Virus record (IMG/VR): IMGVR_UViG_3300033183_000212 | Span: 1-64,000 of that record | Origin: a virus | Length of the DNA stretch: 64,000 nucleotides | Direction: 5' to 3' (one strand) | Part shown: one piece after another, positions 1 to 9,255 of the stretch | Layout: each line of letters starts with the position of its first letter | How positions within the stretch are numbered: position 1 is the first letter of the stretch | Made by a program: the position numbers and the translations under genes | Notes under the pieces: generated by a model | The model's database searches: none | Told to the model about the DNA's origin: nothing | Seen by the model: the letters and a program-made list of their open reading frames with translations, nothing else

Positions 1-270
1 CTTCAGATACAAGTAGCAGATGGTGTTATCACTGATGCCAAGTTCAAGACCTATGGCTGTGGTAGTGCAATTGCTTCTAGCTCACTTGTGACTGAATGGA
101 TAAAAGGCAGAACATTGGATCAAGCAACAGAGATCACTAACAGAGAGATTGCTAGTGAATTGGCTTTACCACCTGTTAAAATCCATTGTTCAATACTTGC
201 AGAAGATGCAATTAAAGCGGCTGTTGCCGACTACAGAGGTAAAAATGCTGACACTAACTGCGGATGCTAG
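1..270 (+). CDS. iscU: Fe-S cluster scaffold IscU/NifU-like (5' end cut by window edge)
   Basis: Frame 1 is open from nt 1. The translation ...[20 protein letters not shown]...[18 protein letters not shown] carries the conserved IscU Cys motifs. Stop TAG at 268-270. Confidence 0.85.
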   Translation, partial: LQIQVADGVITDAKFKTYGCGSAIASSSLVTEWIKGRTLDQATEITNREIASELALPPVKIHCSILAEDAIKAAVADYRGKNADTNCGC

Positions 271-556
271 TGAGAAGATTAAAGATCTTATTGCTGAGGA
301 AGGTAATCCTAATTTAAAAGTTAGATTGTTTATTGAAGGCGGTGGTTGTTCTGGATTTAATTATGGATTTACATTTGATGAACTTCAGAACGATGATGAT
401 TGGGAACTTGACGGCTTGCTTGTAGATGCAATATCGATGCAGTATTTAGAAGGTGCTACTATCAATTGGAAAAAAGAAATCATGGGTAGTAGTTTTGTAA
501 TTGACAATCCAAACGCTAAACAGACGTGTGGGTGTGGAAGTAGTTTTGCAGTGTAA
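245..556 (+). CDS. iscA: A-type Fe-S cluster carrier (IscA/ErpA family)
   Basis: First ATG with a GAGG SD; the track start at 149 would lie inside isc[17 protein letters not shown]...[14 protein letters not shown]...QTCGCGSSF matches the A-type carrier C-x(n)-CGC signature. Confidence 0.85.
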   Translation: MLTLTADASEKIKDLIAEEGNPNLKVRLFIEGGGCSGFNYGFTFDELQNDDDWELDGLLVDAISMQYLEGATINWKKEIMGSSFVIDNPNAKQTCGCGSSFAV

Positions 557-1182
557 TGTTAGAGACATGTTCAGACCTCATGCGCGAGGCTTACAAGCGC
601 AATTGGATTACGGCTAGAGACGGTAACATCTCTATTCGTTGGCACGATCGTGATCACTTTTGGATCACACCTTCTGCTATTCGCAAACCTGATCTTCAAC
701 CAGCAATGTGGAAGAAGATAGCAATTGAGGAAATCAATGGATACAAAGCAACGAGAGTCTTACCGTATTCCGAGCTTAGTAGCAATCTCAAGCCGAGTGG
801 AGAACTCCCTCTACACTTTGGCCTGCAAAAAAATATACCACATGGCATCGACACTCGAGTCGTGGTGCACTTACATCCGACTTACACGATCGCAGCGATG
901 CACAAAGGATTAAGTCTAGAAAATTTATCATTTGATTTTCCAGAGCTTCGCCGATATACAAGTGTAGGTAAATCTGTACCTGATGTATTACCAATCTCAG
1001 AAGAGCTTGGAGAAAAAAGTTGTAAAAATTTAGGATTGGATGATACAGGAGCCTTAAAGTATGATATAATAGGCATTAAAGGTCACGGTGTCGTAGCAGT
1101 TGATGAAACACCGTGGAGAGCCTTTGAACACATTGAACGCCTTGAACACATCTGTAAGATTGTATTAGCAAGTGGTAAATAA
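556..1182 (+). CDS. class II aldolase/adducin-fold protein
   Basis: RDGNISIR and VVVHLHPTYTIAAMH motifs are typical of the class II aldolase/epimerase fold. The start overlaps the iscA stop (TAATG). Confidence 0.65.
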   Translation: MLETCSDLMREAYKRNWITARDGNISIRWHDRDHFWITPSAIRKPDLQPAMWKKIAIEEINGYKATRVLPYSELSSNLKPSGELPLHFGLQKNIPHGIDTRVVVHLHPTYTIAAMHKGLSLENLSFDFPELRRYTSVGKSVPDVLPISEELGEKSCKNLGLDDTGALKYDIIGIKGHGVVAVDETPWRAFEHIERLEHICKIVLASGK

Positions 1183-1354
1183 ATGTAAGAGTTTTTGGAA
1201 GACGTGGCAATACGCCATTGGTTCCTTTGATGATGAAACGACCAAACCATATGACACTAAGGTCACGGTAATCAGAACATTCTGGGTTTTGCTACACATC
1301 ACAACCTGTTTGTTCATTATAATTGGTAATGGTAGAACTTTAGGACTTTGGTAA
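1172..1354 (+). CDS. small hypothetical protein with a hydrophobic C-terminal segment
   Basis: Fills the gap between two supported genes. Its stop overlaps the next ATG (TAATG). No recognisable motif. Confidence 0.3.
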   Translation: MVNKCKSFWKTWQYAIGSFDDETTKPYDTKVTVIRTFWVLLHITTCLFIIIGNGRTLGLW

Positions 1355-1770
1355 TGATTATTGGATTTACAGCATCGGCCTTTGACTTGTTGCACTCAGG
1401 CCACATCATGATGCTACGTGAAGCAAAGCAACAGTGCGACTATCTCATCTGTGGTTTACAAACAGATCCAACACTTGATAGACCTGATAAGAATAAACCT
1501 ATTCAATCTATCGTAGAGCGACATACACAACTCGCTGCAGTTAGATATGTTGATGAGATTATTCCTTATGCCACTGAAGAGGATCTAGAGGACATCTTAG
1601 AGATGTATCCTATCAACGTACGTATCCTTGGTGAGGAATATAAAGATAAAGATTTCACTGGCCGTGACATCTGTAAGAGCCGAGAGATCAAGCTACACTT
1701 TAACGTAAGATACCATAGGTTCTCTACCAGTGAACTTCGTAAAAGAACTAAAAATAATGAAACCCTTTGA
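1354..1770 (+). CDS. cytidylyltransferase-fold nucleotidyltransferase (glycerol-3-P cytidylyltransferase / RfaE domain II-like)
   Basis: MIIGFTASAFDLLHSGHIMML carries the G-x-FD-x-x-H-x-GH signature. First ATG at 1354; the track start at 1348 is TTG. Confidence 0.75.
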   Translation: MIIGFTASAFDLLHSGHIMMLREAKQQCDYLICGLQTDPTLDRPDKNKPIQSIVERHTQLAAVRYVDEIIPYATEEDLEDILEMYPINVRILGEEYKDKDFTGRDICKSREIKLHFNVRYHRFSTSELRKRTKNNETL

Positions 1771-2137
1771 ATTTCTAAACTCAATCAACTACAGTAAACA
1801 GAACTTAATCACTGATGATATCTCAGAGAAAGCATACAATGGTTTTATGGTTAACCGATCTCTATCGTATTTTCCGGACACTGTGCTTGCCGCTAATGAG
1901 ATGAACATCAACCATCACTTGGACAACAAGCTCCAAAATGACTTTCTTCTTAATTTAATTAGAAAACGTAAACGTTTCTCTAAATGGGAAAAGAAAAAAA
2001 GTGATGCCGACATAGAGGTCATAAAAGAATTCTATAGTTATAGTAATATCAAAGCTGAGCAAGCACTATCACTTTTGGATGAATCTCAACTCGAAATCTT
2101 AAGAAAAAAGGTATTAAAGGGTGGTAGAAAAGTTTGA
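1757..2137 (+). CDS. 62: clamp-loader small subunit, T4 gp62-like
   Basis: YNGFMVNRSLSYFPDTVLAANEMN and RKRFSKWEKKK resemble my recollection of T4 gp62 ([33 protein letters not shown]). Lies immediately upstream of regA, as in T4. Confidence 0.65.
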   Translation: MKPFEFLNSINYSKQNLITDDISEKAYNGFMVNRSLSYFPDTVLAANEMNINHHLDNKLQNDFLLNLIRKRKRFSKWEKKKSDADIEVIKEFYSYSNIKAEQALSLLDESQLEILRKKVLKGGRKV

Positions 2138-2281
2138 TGAGTTGCCTATTGATATTCAACAAGAATATCTTAGTAAAGCTAAATTTTTGATTGAAAATTC
2201 TTATATTGAAGAAGATATTTTAGCACTAGCAATTAAAATTTACAATTCTCACCATATCTTATAGCCGTAAACGTTAAAATT

Positions 2282-2289
2282 TATAAATA
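2282..2289 (+). promoter_or_regulatory. T4-type late promoter box TATAAATA
   Basis: Exact octamer in the intergenic region before regA. Confidence 0.35.
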
Positions 2290-2347
2290 TGTTTAGTTAT
2301 GAATTTCATAATGTTATAACAAGAATTACATAAGAAGGTGAGTAAAG

Positions 2348-2758
2348 GTGGAAGAAAGTAACTTGATTGAATGGACACCCAACAGCATGTTGGAAGTCAC
2401 CTTAAACGAACCGGATGATTTTTTAAAGATCCGTGAAACCCTAACAAGAATCGGTGTAGCATCTCGCAAAGAGAAGAAGCTATATCAGTCATGCCATATC
2501 CTACACAAGCAAGGTCGGTACTTCATCGTACACTTTAAAGAGCTGTTCTTGCTTGACGGTAAGAAATCAAACTTAGAAGAGAACGATGTTGCTCGTCGCA
2601 ACACTATCGCTCTGTTGATGAGTGACTGGGGTTTGCTATCGATCGACAATAAGTCAGCGGCACAACCAGTAGCGCCAATGCGTCAGATTAAGATCATTCC
2701 TTTTAAAGAGAAGAATGATTGGGAATTGTGCCCGAAATATAATATCGGTAATAAGTAG
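2348..2758 (+). CDS. regA: translational repressor RegA
   Basis: MLEVTLNEPDDFLKIRETLTRIGVASRKEKKLYQSCHILHKQGRYFIVHFKELF closely parallels T4 RegA. GTG start at 2348 has a GAAGGTGA SD. An ATG at 2387 would match the T4 N-terminus exactly. Confidence 0.85.
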   Translation: MEESNLIEWTPNSMLEVTLNEPDDFLKIRETLTRIGVASRKEKKLYQSCHILHKQGRYFIVHFKELFLLDGKKSNLEENDVARRNTIALLMSDWGLLSIDNKSAAQPVAPMRQIKIIPFKEKNDWELCPKYNIGNK

Positions 2759-2787
2759 TTTACAACCACGTAAAATCGTGGTATAAT
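2759..2787 (+). promoter_or_regulatory. sigma70-type promoter TTTACA-N17-TATAAT (TGG-extended -10)
   Basis: Exact 17-nt spacer. Immediately overlapped by TATAAATA at 2787-2794. Upstream of hsp20. Confidence 0.6.
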
Positions 2788-2794
2788 ATAAATA
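2787..2794 (+). promoter_or_regulatory. T4-type late promoter box TATAAATA
   Basis: Exact octamer before hsp20. Confidence 0.4.
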
Positions 2795-2857
2795 CATTAT
2801 GGATGCTGCAGTAGCAGGTCCATTTTCTACAACCTTGCTTAAATTAGGAGGTCTATT

Positions 2858-3328
2858 ATGACAGCTTATAAATTTCCGCGTTCTGCGTTTATTGGGTTCG
2901 ATAGTATCTTTGACGAGTTGGAGCGTATGGCTTCAACGGCTCAATCAGACAACTATCCCCCACATAATATTGTAAAACTATCCGACGACAAATACCAGAT
3001 TGAAATCGCTGTAGTTGGGTTCAAAGAGAAAGATCTAGAACTCAAAGTACAGGATGGCATCTTGTACGTCAATGGTTCTAAGACCTATCCAGGTTCTGAG
3101 CCAGTGTACTTGCACAAAGGTATTTCGGGTCGCTCGTTTAGGCGTTCCTTTAGACTGTCTGAGCACGTAGAGGTAAAAGGAGCCGATCTAAGGGATGGAT
3201 TGCTCGTTATTGGATTAGAGAGAATCGTCCCGGAAGAGAAGCGTCCACGAGTTATTCAAATTGGAACTAACACAGTGGAGAACACACATGACACAGGTAA
3301 AAAACTTCTTACAGAAAGTAATGCTTAA
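2858..3328 (+). CDS. small heat-shock protein (Hsp20/IbpA alpha-crystallin family)
   Basis: YPPHNIVKLSDDKYQIEIAVVGFKEKDLELKVQDGILYVNGSK...RSFRLSEHVEVKGADLRDGLLVI is a typical IbpA-like alpha-crystallin domain. AGGAGG SD. Confidence 0.85.
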   Translation: MTAYKFPRSAFIGFDSIFDELERMASTAQSDNYPPHNIVKLSDDKYQIEIAVVGFKEKDLELKVQDGILYVNGSKTYPGSEPVYLHKGISGRSFRRSFRLSEHVEVKGADLRDGLLVIGLERIVPEEKRPRVIQIGTNTVENTHDTGKKLLTESNA

Positions 3329-3464
3329 ACTTGAAAACTGGGGCGGCGCTGTTGCCCAAGCTCAAGTCGAGCACTATTTGTCTCAATCTCAGAATCTTGT
3401 CGAACTTGAAAGACGGATGAAAGATATTGAGCAATGTAAAACTCGTTACATGCATTACATCTAG
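3288..3464 (+). CDS. small hypothetical protein
   Basis: ATG preceded by a GGAGAA SD. Overlaps the last 41 nt of hsp20. No motif. Confidence 0.3.
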   Translation: MTQVKNFLQKVMLKLENWGGAVAQAQVEHYLSQSQNLVELERRMKDIEQCKTRYMHYI

Positions 3465-3472
3465 TATAAATA
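3465..3472 (+). promoter_or_regulatory. T4-type late promoter box TATAAATA
   Basis: Exact octamer before the gene at 3529. Confidence 0.4.
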
Positions 3473-3528
3473 AAAGTTGCCGGACCTTTTCAAAACCGGC
3501 ATTTCACAAACACACACAGGAGAGTAAA

Positions 3529-3744
3529 ATGTTTTCACCTAAATTCTATATCGAGCAGTTCCAATACGCCAAGAAGTTGGTTGGCGACCAGATGTTCAAG
3601 GATCAACCTGAACTCAAAGAAGCCGCCGAGAAGTATCTCGATGCTCAAACTCAATACGCTGAAATGCTTGTCGACAACTTCATCACCATGATGAAGTACA
3701 GTGTCGACCAATTCTCGGCTTTTTCAAAAATGGTAGCTAAATAA
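3529..3744 (+). CDS. hypothetical protein (helical)
   Basis: ATG at 3529 with an AGGAGAG SD, downstream of TATAAATA at 3465. The longer track ORF from 3427 lacks an SD. Confidence 0.5.
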   Translation: MFSPKFYIEQFQYAKKLVGDQMFKDQPELKEAAEKYLDAQTQYAEMLVDNFITMMKYSVDQFSAFSKMVAK

Positions 3745-3971
3745 TGGAGACAACTATGAAGAACCCGTTTGAGATCCGCCAAGAAGTTTTAAAGATGGCC
3801 AAGGACTACATGGACCGCCAATGGGAAATGAACTACATGTTCGCTCAGCAATTGTTCGATCAGGGCAAGAAGACTGCTGAAGACATGCAAGAAGCTCTTA
3901 AGCCATATTCAACTGAAGAATTGATGAAGAAAGCTGCAGAGCTATATACGTTTGTCTCTAAGCGAGATTAA
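3744..3971 (+). CDS. hypothetical protein
   Basis: TAATG-coupled to the previous gene and followed by a GC hairpin terminator. Confidence 0.5.
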   Translation: METTMKNPFEIRQEVLKMAKDYMDRQWEMNYMFAQQLFDQGKKTAEDMQEALKPYSTEELMKKAAELYTFVSKRD

Positions 3972-3975
3972 TCAG

Positions 3976-3995
3976 AGGGGCTTCGGCCCCTATTT
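3976..3995 (+). terminator. rho-independent terminator
   Basis: aggggc-ttcg-gcccct followed by attt. Confidence 0.6.
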
Positions 3996-4021
3996 ACTTT
4001 CTGTTGATTTTATGGTATAAT
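3993..4021 (+). promoter_or_regulatory. promoter TTTACT-N17-TATAAT upstream of the DNA polymerase gene
   Basis: tttactttctgttgattttatggtataat. The -10 ends 7 nt before the ATG at 4029. Confidence 0.6.
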
Positions 4022-4028
4022 AGACTTT

Positions 4029-6536
4029 ATGTCATTCTACACATCTGTTTTTCGTTATGGTAACTCCATCATGTATCGAGGGTATGATGGAGCAGGTCAC
4101 AGATACCAACGTAAGGAACCCTTTCAACCTACATACTTCGTACCGGCACAAAAAGATACTGGCTGGCGTGGCCTCGATGGTACACCCATTGGTCCAGTTA
4201 AGATGGACAACATGCGTGAAGGTAAGGAGTGGCTAGAGAAGTATAAAGATGTCTCTGGCTTTAACATCTATGGTAACCCAAACTATATTCATCAGTACAT
4301 CACTGAAAAGTTTCCTGGTGATATTAAGTTTGAGCGTGATCAGATCAACGTAACTACGATCGATATTGAAACTGCGTATGAAGGCGGATTCCCCGATCCG
4401 GCCAAAGCAGAGAATGAGATCCTGGCTATCACAGTCAAGAACAACATCGATGGCGTCTACTATGTCTGGGGTTACGGTGACTATAACAAAGAAGAAGCAC
4501 TTATTAAACCTGTGCACTATACAAAGTGCAAGGATGAGTACAACTTGCTTAAGTTATTCCTTGAACACTGGTCCAGTGAAAAGTTCTCGCCTGATGTCGT
4601 AACTGGCTGGAACTGCCGGTTCTTTGATATTCCATACCTTGTCAATCGCACGGCAAAAATCCTGGGTGTAGATGCAATCAAGAAGTTCTCACCTTGGAGT
4701 ATGGTAAGCTATCATAAAGTAAACCGGCGTGGTAAGGAAGATGAGTCCTACACGCTTGAAGGCATTCAGATTCTCGATTATCTTGAGCTCTTTCAAAAGT
4801 TTGGCTACTCCTATGGCGCACAGGAATCTTACAAGCTCAATCACATCGCATACGTAGTACTCGGTGAACGTAAGCTCTCGTTTGAAGAGTCTGGTTCACT
4901 GAAGAACCTGTACAAAGACGACTACCAGCGTTACATTGACTATAACATGAAAGACGTGCAGCTTGTCGATCGTCTTGAGGACAAGATGGGTTTAATTACA
5001 CTTGCTATGACTATAGCGTATAAAGGTGGTGTAAACTATACAGATACGTTTGGTGTGACTGCGATATGGGAATCAATCATCTATCGTAAGCTTAAGTCAC
5101 AGAAGATCATGCCGCCGATCAAGGAGAACGATAGTCATAAGACTGCGTTTGCAGGTGGATATGTTAAGGATCCTCAGGTCGGTATGCATGAGTGGGTTGT
5201 GTCGTTTGACTTAAACTCGCTGTATCCTAACATTATTGTCCAGTACAACATGTCACCAGAAACACTTACGAATAAGTTTGTGAAGTCTGGTGTTGACTAC
5301 TACCTGGATGGTAATAAGGCTGATGTAGATAACTACGCTGCAGCGGCCAATGGCTCTACATACTATAAAGAGTATCAAGGTGTAGTGCCAAACATCATTG
5401 TAGACTACTATGATGAACGTGCAGCGACTAAGAAGTTAATGCTCGCATCACAACAGGAATATGAACGAAACAAAACATATGAACTTGAGAAAGAAATCAA
5501 CCGCTACGAGAATATTCAGATGGCGCTCAAGATTCTTCTCAATAGTCTTTATGGTGCTCTTGGTAATCAGTATTTTCGATACTTCGACCTGAGACTCGCC
5601 GAGGGTGTAACACTCACCGGCCAGCTCACCATTCAATGGGCAGAGAAGGCGATCAACGCCGAGATGAATAAGATCCTTAAGACTAAGAATAAGGATTACG
5701 TCATCGCGATTGATACCGATTCTTTATACGTTAACTTTGGTCCTATTATCGATACTATTGTATGGAAACCAAACGATGGACAGGACAAGAAAGTTGCGTT
5801 CCTGGACAAGATATGCCGCGAACACTTTGAACCTATCCTTAGTGCATCATACGATGAGCTGTTCAAAAACATGAATGCATACACCAATCGCATGGTGATG
5901 AAGCGTGAAGTAATCGCTGATCGTGGTATATGGACTGCAAAGAAACGGTACATCTTGAACGTACACAACTCAGAAGGCGTGCAGTATGCTCAACCTAAGC
6001 TCAAGATCATGGGTATTGAGGCTATCAAGTCTTCAACACCTGAGGTTGTGCGCAGCAAGTTTAAGGAAGCGTTTAAGATTATAATTGAAGGTGATGAAGA
6101 AAAGACGCGTAAGTTTATCAATGACTTTAAAGCTGAGTTCAAGTCTCTGCCACCTGAAGAGGTATCTTTTCCTCGATCTGTAACAAACATCACCGAGTGG
6201 TCAGATCGTAAGACGATCTATAAGAAGGCCACACCGATTCACGTTCGTGGTGCGCTGCTGTACAACAAGTACACAAAAGAAAACAAGCTCGATAAGAGAT
6301 ATGAACTCATAAATAATGGTGACAAGATCAAGTTTGCATATCTGAAGATGCCTAACATCATCAAAGAAAACGTTATATCTTTTCCTGACTACTTACCAAA
6401 AGAGTTAGGCCTTCACAGATACGTAGACTATGACACACAGTTTGAAAAGACTTTCCTTGAACCTCTGCAGTTCATTCTTGATGCAGTCGGCTGGTCTCTA
6501 GAAGAAAAACAAACCTTAGAGGATTTCTTTGTATGA
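4029..6536 (+). CDS. 43: family B DNA polymerase, T4 gp43-like
   Basis: 835 aa. Exo motif TIDIET, pol motifs [22 protein letters not shown] and IAIDTDS. Confidence 0.95.
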   Translation: MSFYTSVFRYGNSIMYRGYDGAGHRYQRKEPFQPTYFVPAQKDTGWRGLDGTPIGPVKMDNMREGKEWLEKYKDVSGFNIYGNPNYIHQYITEKFPGDIKFERDQINVTTIDIETAYEGGFPDPAKAENEILAITVKNNIDGVYYVWGYGDYNKEEALIKPVHYTKCKDEYNLLKLFLEHWSSEKFSPDVVTGWNCRFFDIPYLVNRTAKILGVDAIKKFSPWSMVSYHKVNRRGKEDESYTLEGIQILDYLELFQKFGYSYGAQESYKLNHIAYVVLGERKLSFEESGSLKNLYKDDYQRYIDYNMKDVQLVDRLEDKMGLITLAMTIAYKGGVNYTDTFGVTAIWESIIYRKLKSQKIMPPIKENDSHKTAFAGGYVKDPQVGMHEWVVSFDLNSLYPNIIVQYNMSPETLTNKFVKSGVDYYLDGNKADVDNYAAAANGSTYYKEYQGVVPNIIVDYYDERAATKKLMLASQQEYERNKTYELEKEINRYENIQMALKILLNSLYGALGNQYFRYFDLRLAEGVTLTGQLTIQWAEKAINAEMNKILKTKNKDYVIAIDTDSLYVNFGPIIDTIVWKPNDGQDKKVAFLDKICREHFEPILSASYDELFKNMNAYTNRMVMKREVIADRGIWTAKKRYILNVHNSEGVQYAQPKLKIMGIEAIKSSTPEVVRSKFKEAFKIIIEGDEEKTRKFINDFKAEFKSLPPEEVSFPRSVTNITEWSDRKTIYKKATPIHVRGALLYNKYTKENKLDKRYELINNGDKIKFAYLKMPNIIKENVISFPDYLPKELGLHRYVDYDTQFEKTFLEPLQFILDAVGWSLEEKQTLEDFFV

Positions 6537-7729
6537 AAGTTCTAGTCATTGGTTCTGGCATATCAGGTGTCATGGCCGCATACTTCCTTGCAAGAGACGG
6601 CCATGAAGTGACGATCGTTGAACAAGAGAGACACGCTGCCATGAAGACAAGCTATGCCAATGGTGGTCAGTTGTCTGTGTCAAACTCCGAGACCTGGAAT
6701 ACCTGGTCTAACGTATATCGTGGCATCAAGTGGCTATTCAAGAAGGATGCACCACTGCTGATTCGCATGAAGCCAGAGTGGGCGAAGATCAAGTGGCTAG
6801 CTCACTTCATGTATCATACGATCAAAGGTAGTTACAAGCCTGCGACTATACGATCGATTGAACTTGGCCTTGAGTCTCGTAAGCTGATCCAAGAGATCAT
6901 CGAGAGAGAAGGAATTGACTTTAACTACTCTCAATGTGGATTGCTTCACTTCTATAAAGATGAGAAGTACTTTCAAAAAGCTGTAGACGCGACTGAACTT
7001 TACGAGTCAAATGGATGTGAGTGGAGACAGAAGACTGAAGCTGAGATCCTGGACATCGAGTCCTCACTGCAGTTCATGAAGGGTAAGTTGCTAGGTGGTG
7101 TGTGGACTGAGAGTGATAGTTCTGGTGACATCCACAAGTTTTGTACAGAGCTCGTCAAGGTAATGCAGAGTAAATATAACGTGTTTGTCACGTATAGTCT
7201 GACTGTCGAGTTTGATAAGTTTCCTTTTGACGAGTATGACACAGTAGTTGTATCAGCTGGCGTCGGTAGCACTAAGCTTGCAAAGTCACTCGGTGACACG
7301 ATCAATGTATATCCGGTAAAAGGATACAGTATTACTATTAACAATGTAGACGCTGAGCACTTACCTAAAGCCACGTTACTTGACGATCAAGCTAAGATCG
7401 TAACGTCGACTCTTGGAAATCTATTTCGCGTTGCGGGTACTGCTGAACTTACAGGTGAGAACTACGATATCCCACGTGATCGTATTCAACCACTCCTAAA
7501 CTGGGTTCACGATAACTTTCCACAGATCGACACGAGCGACTATAGTATGTGGACCTGTTTACGCCCCATGACTCCGAACATGTTACCCATCGTGAAACAG
7601 AGTGAGCGTAATACTAAAGTATTCTATCACACCGGGCATGGCCATCTTGGTTGGACATATAGTGCTGCCACTGCAGTCGAGTTAAAAGATTTGATTTACA
7701 GTGTACAAACCAAAAATAACTTGGTATAA
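6533..7729 (+). CDS. FAD-dependent oxidoreductase (D-amino-acid dehydrogenase / glycine oxidase-like)
   Basis: N-terminal Rossmann motif [31 protein letters not shown] and C-terminal HTGHGHLGW, typical of the DAO/DadA family. ATGA overlap with the gp43 stop. Confidence 0.8.
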   Translation: MKVLVIGSGISGVMAAYFLARDGHEVTIVEQERHAAMKTSYANGGQLSVSNSETWNTWSNVYRGIKWLFKKDAPLLIRMKPEWAKIKWLAHFMYHTIKGSYKPATIRSIELGLESRKLIQEIIEREGIDFNYSQCGLLHFYKDEKYFQKAVDATELYESNGCEWRQKTEAEILDIESSLQFMKGKLLGGVWTESDSSGDIHKFCTELVKVMQSKYNVFVTYSLTVEFDKFPFDEYDTVVVSAGVGSTKLAKSLGDTINVYPVKGYSITINNVDAEHLPKATLLDDQAKIVTSTLGNLFRVAGTAELTGENYDIPRDRIQPLLNWVHDNFPQIDTSDYSMWTCLRPMTPNMLPIVKQSERNTKVFYHTGHGHLGWTYSAATAVELKDLIYSVQTKNNLV

Positions 7730-7730
7730 T
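7702..7730 (+). promoter_or_regulatory. promoter TGTACA-N17-TATAAT
   Basis: TGG-extended -10. Upstream of the MazG-like gene. Confidence 0.5.
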
Positions 7731-7753
7731 ATACATTGCAGAAAGGAAATATT

Positions 7754-8167
7754 ATGAAAACATGGTTTACTGACATGAGACAGATGCACGGAAAGTACGG
7801 TGTATCTCAATGGATTCACAACGCAAGACAAGAAGATCGAGAGAAACTTCGTAAGTTCCTTGAGTTTCGCATGAACTTCCTCAAAGAAGAGTACGAAGAA
7901 ACTCAGAAGGCTTACGCAGAGAAAGATGCAGAAGAGATCATCGACGGTCTCATCGATATCTGTGTTATCGCCATCGGTACTCTCGAAGCCTTTGGCGTCG
8001 ACGGTGACAAAGCATGGCGTGAAGTTTATCGTGCAAACATGAACAAAGAAGTTGGCGTCAAACCTGAAAGACCAAACCCTCTTGGTCTGCCTGACCTGAT
8101 TAAACCTGAAGGATGGACTGCACCAAGCCACAAGGACAATCATGGTTATATCGCTGACGCGTTTTAA
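7754..8167 (+). CDS. all-alpha NTP pyrophosphohydrolase (MazG-like); candidate dCTPase/dUTPase
   Basis: EFRMNFLKEEYEETQKA...EEIIDGLIDICVIAIGTLEAFG is a MazG-type EExxE/D helix pair. AAAGGA SD before the ATG at 7754. Confidence 0.6.
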   Translation: MKTWFTDMRQMHGKYGVSQWIHNARQEDREKLRKFLEFRMNFLKEEYEETQKAYAEKDAEEIIDGLIDICVIAIGTLEAFGVDGDKAWREVYRANMNKEVGVKPERPNPLGLPDLIKPEGWTAPSHKDNHGYIADAF

Positions 8168-9071
8168 GAGTGTATTCGATAACAAGACTCATAACTCATT
8201 GCAGTTTGAGTCTTTCGAACAGTTTCAGATGGCACTTCAGGCGCTGTCTGAAAAGGAGTGTGCGTCAAAGAAAGATGCATACTTGATCTCTCCAGCAACT
8301 TACATTGAAGGTACAACACGTGCAAATAAGAACGTAATCAACTGGGGAGGCTGGGCTGCAGTTGACGTAGATGAACACGATATTGAAGGAGACCTAAAAG
8401 ATGGACTTTATAGTAGGTTTGGTCGCTGGCATTATATTTGTTATAGTACTGCTAGCAGCACAGAGTCTCGGCCGAAGTTCCGGCTTGTCTTCCCGCTTAC
8501 ACGACACGTACAACAAAATGAGATCAAGCATTTCTGGTGGGCACTTAACTCTGAGCTTGGCTCCATCGGAGATCGACAGACTAAGGATCTCAGCCGAATG
8601 TATTACATCCCTGCGAAGTATGCTGGCGCTTACAACTTTTTTCATGTTAACGCTGGTGTGCCTCTTGATGTCGATGGTCTATGCGCCAAGTGGGAGTACA
8701 GTGATCGATCTGATTCAGCAAACTTTATCGACAGACTCCCAGAAGAGTGGCAGCGACAGATCATTGAGCACAGAAAAGCCCAGCTTGAAAATACATCGTT
8801 TCAATGGTCAGGATACAGAGACTGCCCGTTCTGGCCAAAGAAGCTAGCGTCTGAGTATCAGACAATCAATAGCACCGGTTGGTATCACAAGATGTATCAG
8901 ATCATGGTGGCTACAGCAAGTAAGGCTGTAAAGAGCCAGTATCCTATCACTGCAAATGAGATCACCGCATTATGCCGTGAATTTGATATTGATACTGGTA
9001 ACTGGTACGAGAATCGTCCGATGAACAAGGAAGCTGATCGTGCTCTTGAATACGTATATAAAAATATATGA
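8142..9071 (+). CDS. hypothetical; possibly a primase-polymerase/VirE-like N domain plus a PriCT-like C domain
   Basis: LISPATY..TTRANKNV..WAAVDVDEHD, YSTASSTESRPKFRLVFPL and SRMYYIPAKY recall BT4734/VirE-N type primase domains. This is recollection only. Confidence 0.4.
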   Translation: MVISLTRFKSVFDNKTHNSLQFESFEQFQMALQALSEKECASKKDAYLISPATYIEGTTRANKNVINWGGWAAVDVDEHDIEGDLKDGLYSRFGRWHYICYSTASSTESRPKFRLVFPLTRHVQQNEIKHFWWALNSELGSIGDRQTKDLSRMYYIPAKYAGAYNFFHVNAGVPLDVDGLCAKWEYSDRSDSANFIDRLPEEWQRQIIEHRKAQLENTSFQWSGYRDCPFWPKKLASEYQTINSTGWYHKMYQIMVATASKAVKSQYPITANEITALCREFDIDTGNWYENRPMNKEADRALEYVYKNI

Positions 9072-9077
9072 GCATGA

Positions 9078-9185
9078 GGAAAAGACGGACTCATATCTGA
9101 GCAAGACCATCACTGGAACGCTAGAGGTCATGAAATTGTAGCCGATGTATTCTATGAGAGATATCTAGAGATTTGTAATACTTAA
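9078..9185 (+). pseudogene. C-terminal remnant of an SGNH/GDSL hydrolase
   Basis: A 35-codon open stretch with no start codon: GKDGLISEQDHHWNARGHEIVADVFYERYLEICNT. It resembles SGNH block V (D-x-x-H...N..G...iA). Confidence 0.35.
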
Positions 9186-9193
9186 GTACTATA

Positions 9194-9222
9194 TGTACTT
9201 TTATCTAGAAACTGATTATAAT
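9194..9222 (+). promoter_or_regulatory. promoter TGTACT-N17-TATAAT
   Basis: Lies in the 185-nt gap before the gene at 9256. Confidence 0.45.
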
Positions 9223-9255
9223 AGCACTATTCATGTGAAATGAGAGGAATATATC

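Noticed and set aside
149-244. N-terminal extension of iscA and other long track starts (21987, 36575, 43083, 43493, 51741)
   Set aside because: The extensions run through the preceding gene or a terminator. Internal ATGs with an SD or stop-start coupling fit better.
2138-2347. Possible small ORF between gp62-like and regA
   Set aside because: Only short or start-less frames are present. The region looks regulatory: AT-rich, with a TATAAATA box.
7682-8185. 167-aa minus-strand ORF
   Set aside because: Antisense to the MazG-like gene and its promoter region. No supporting signal.
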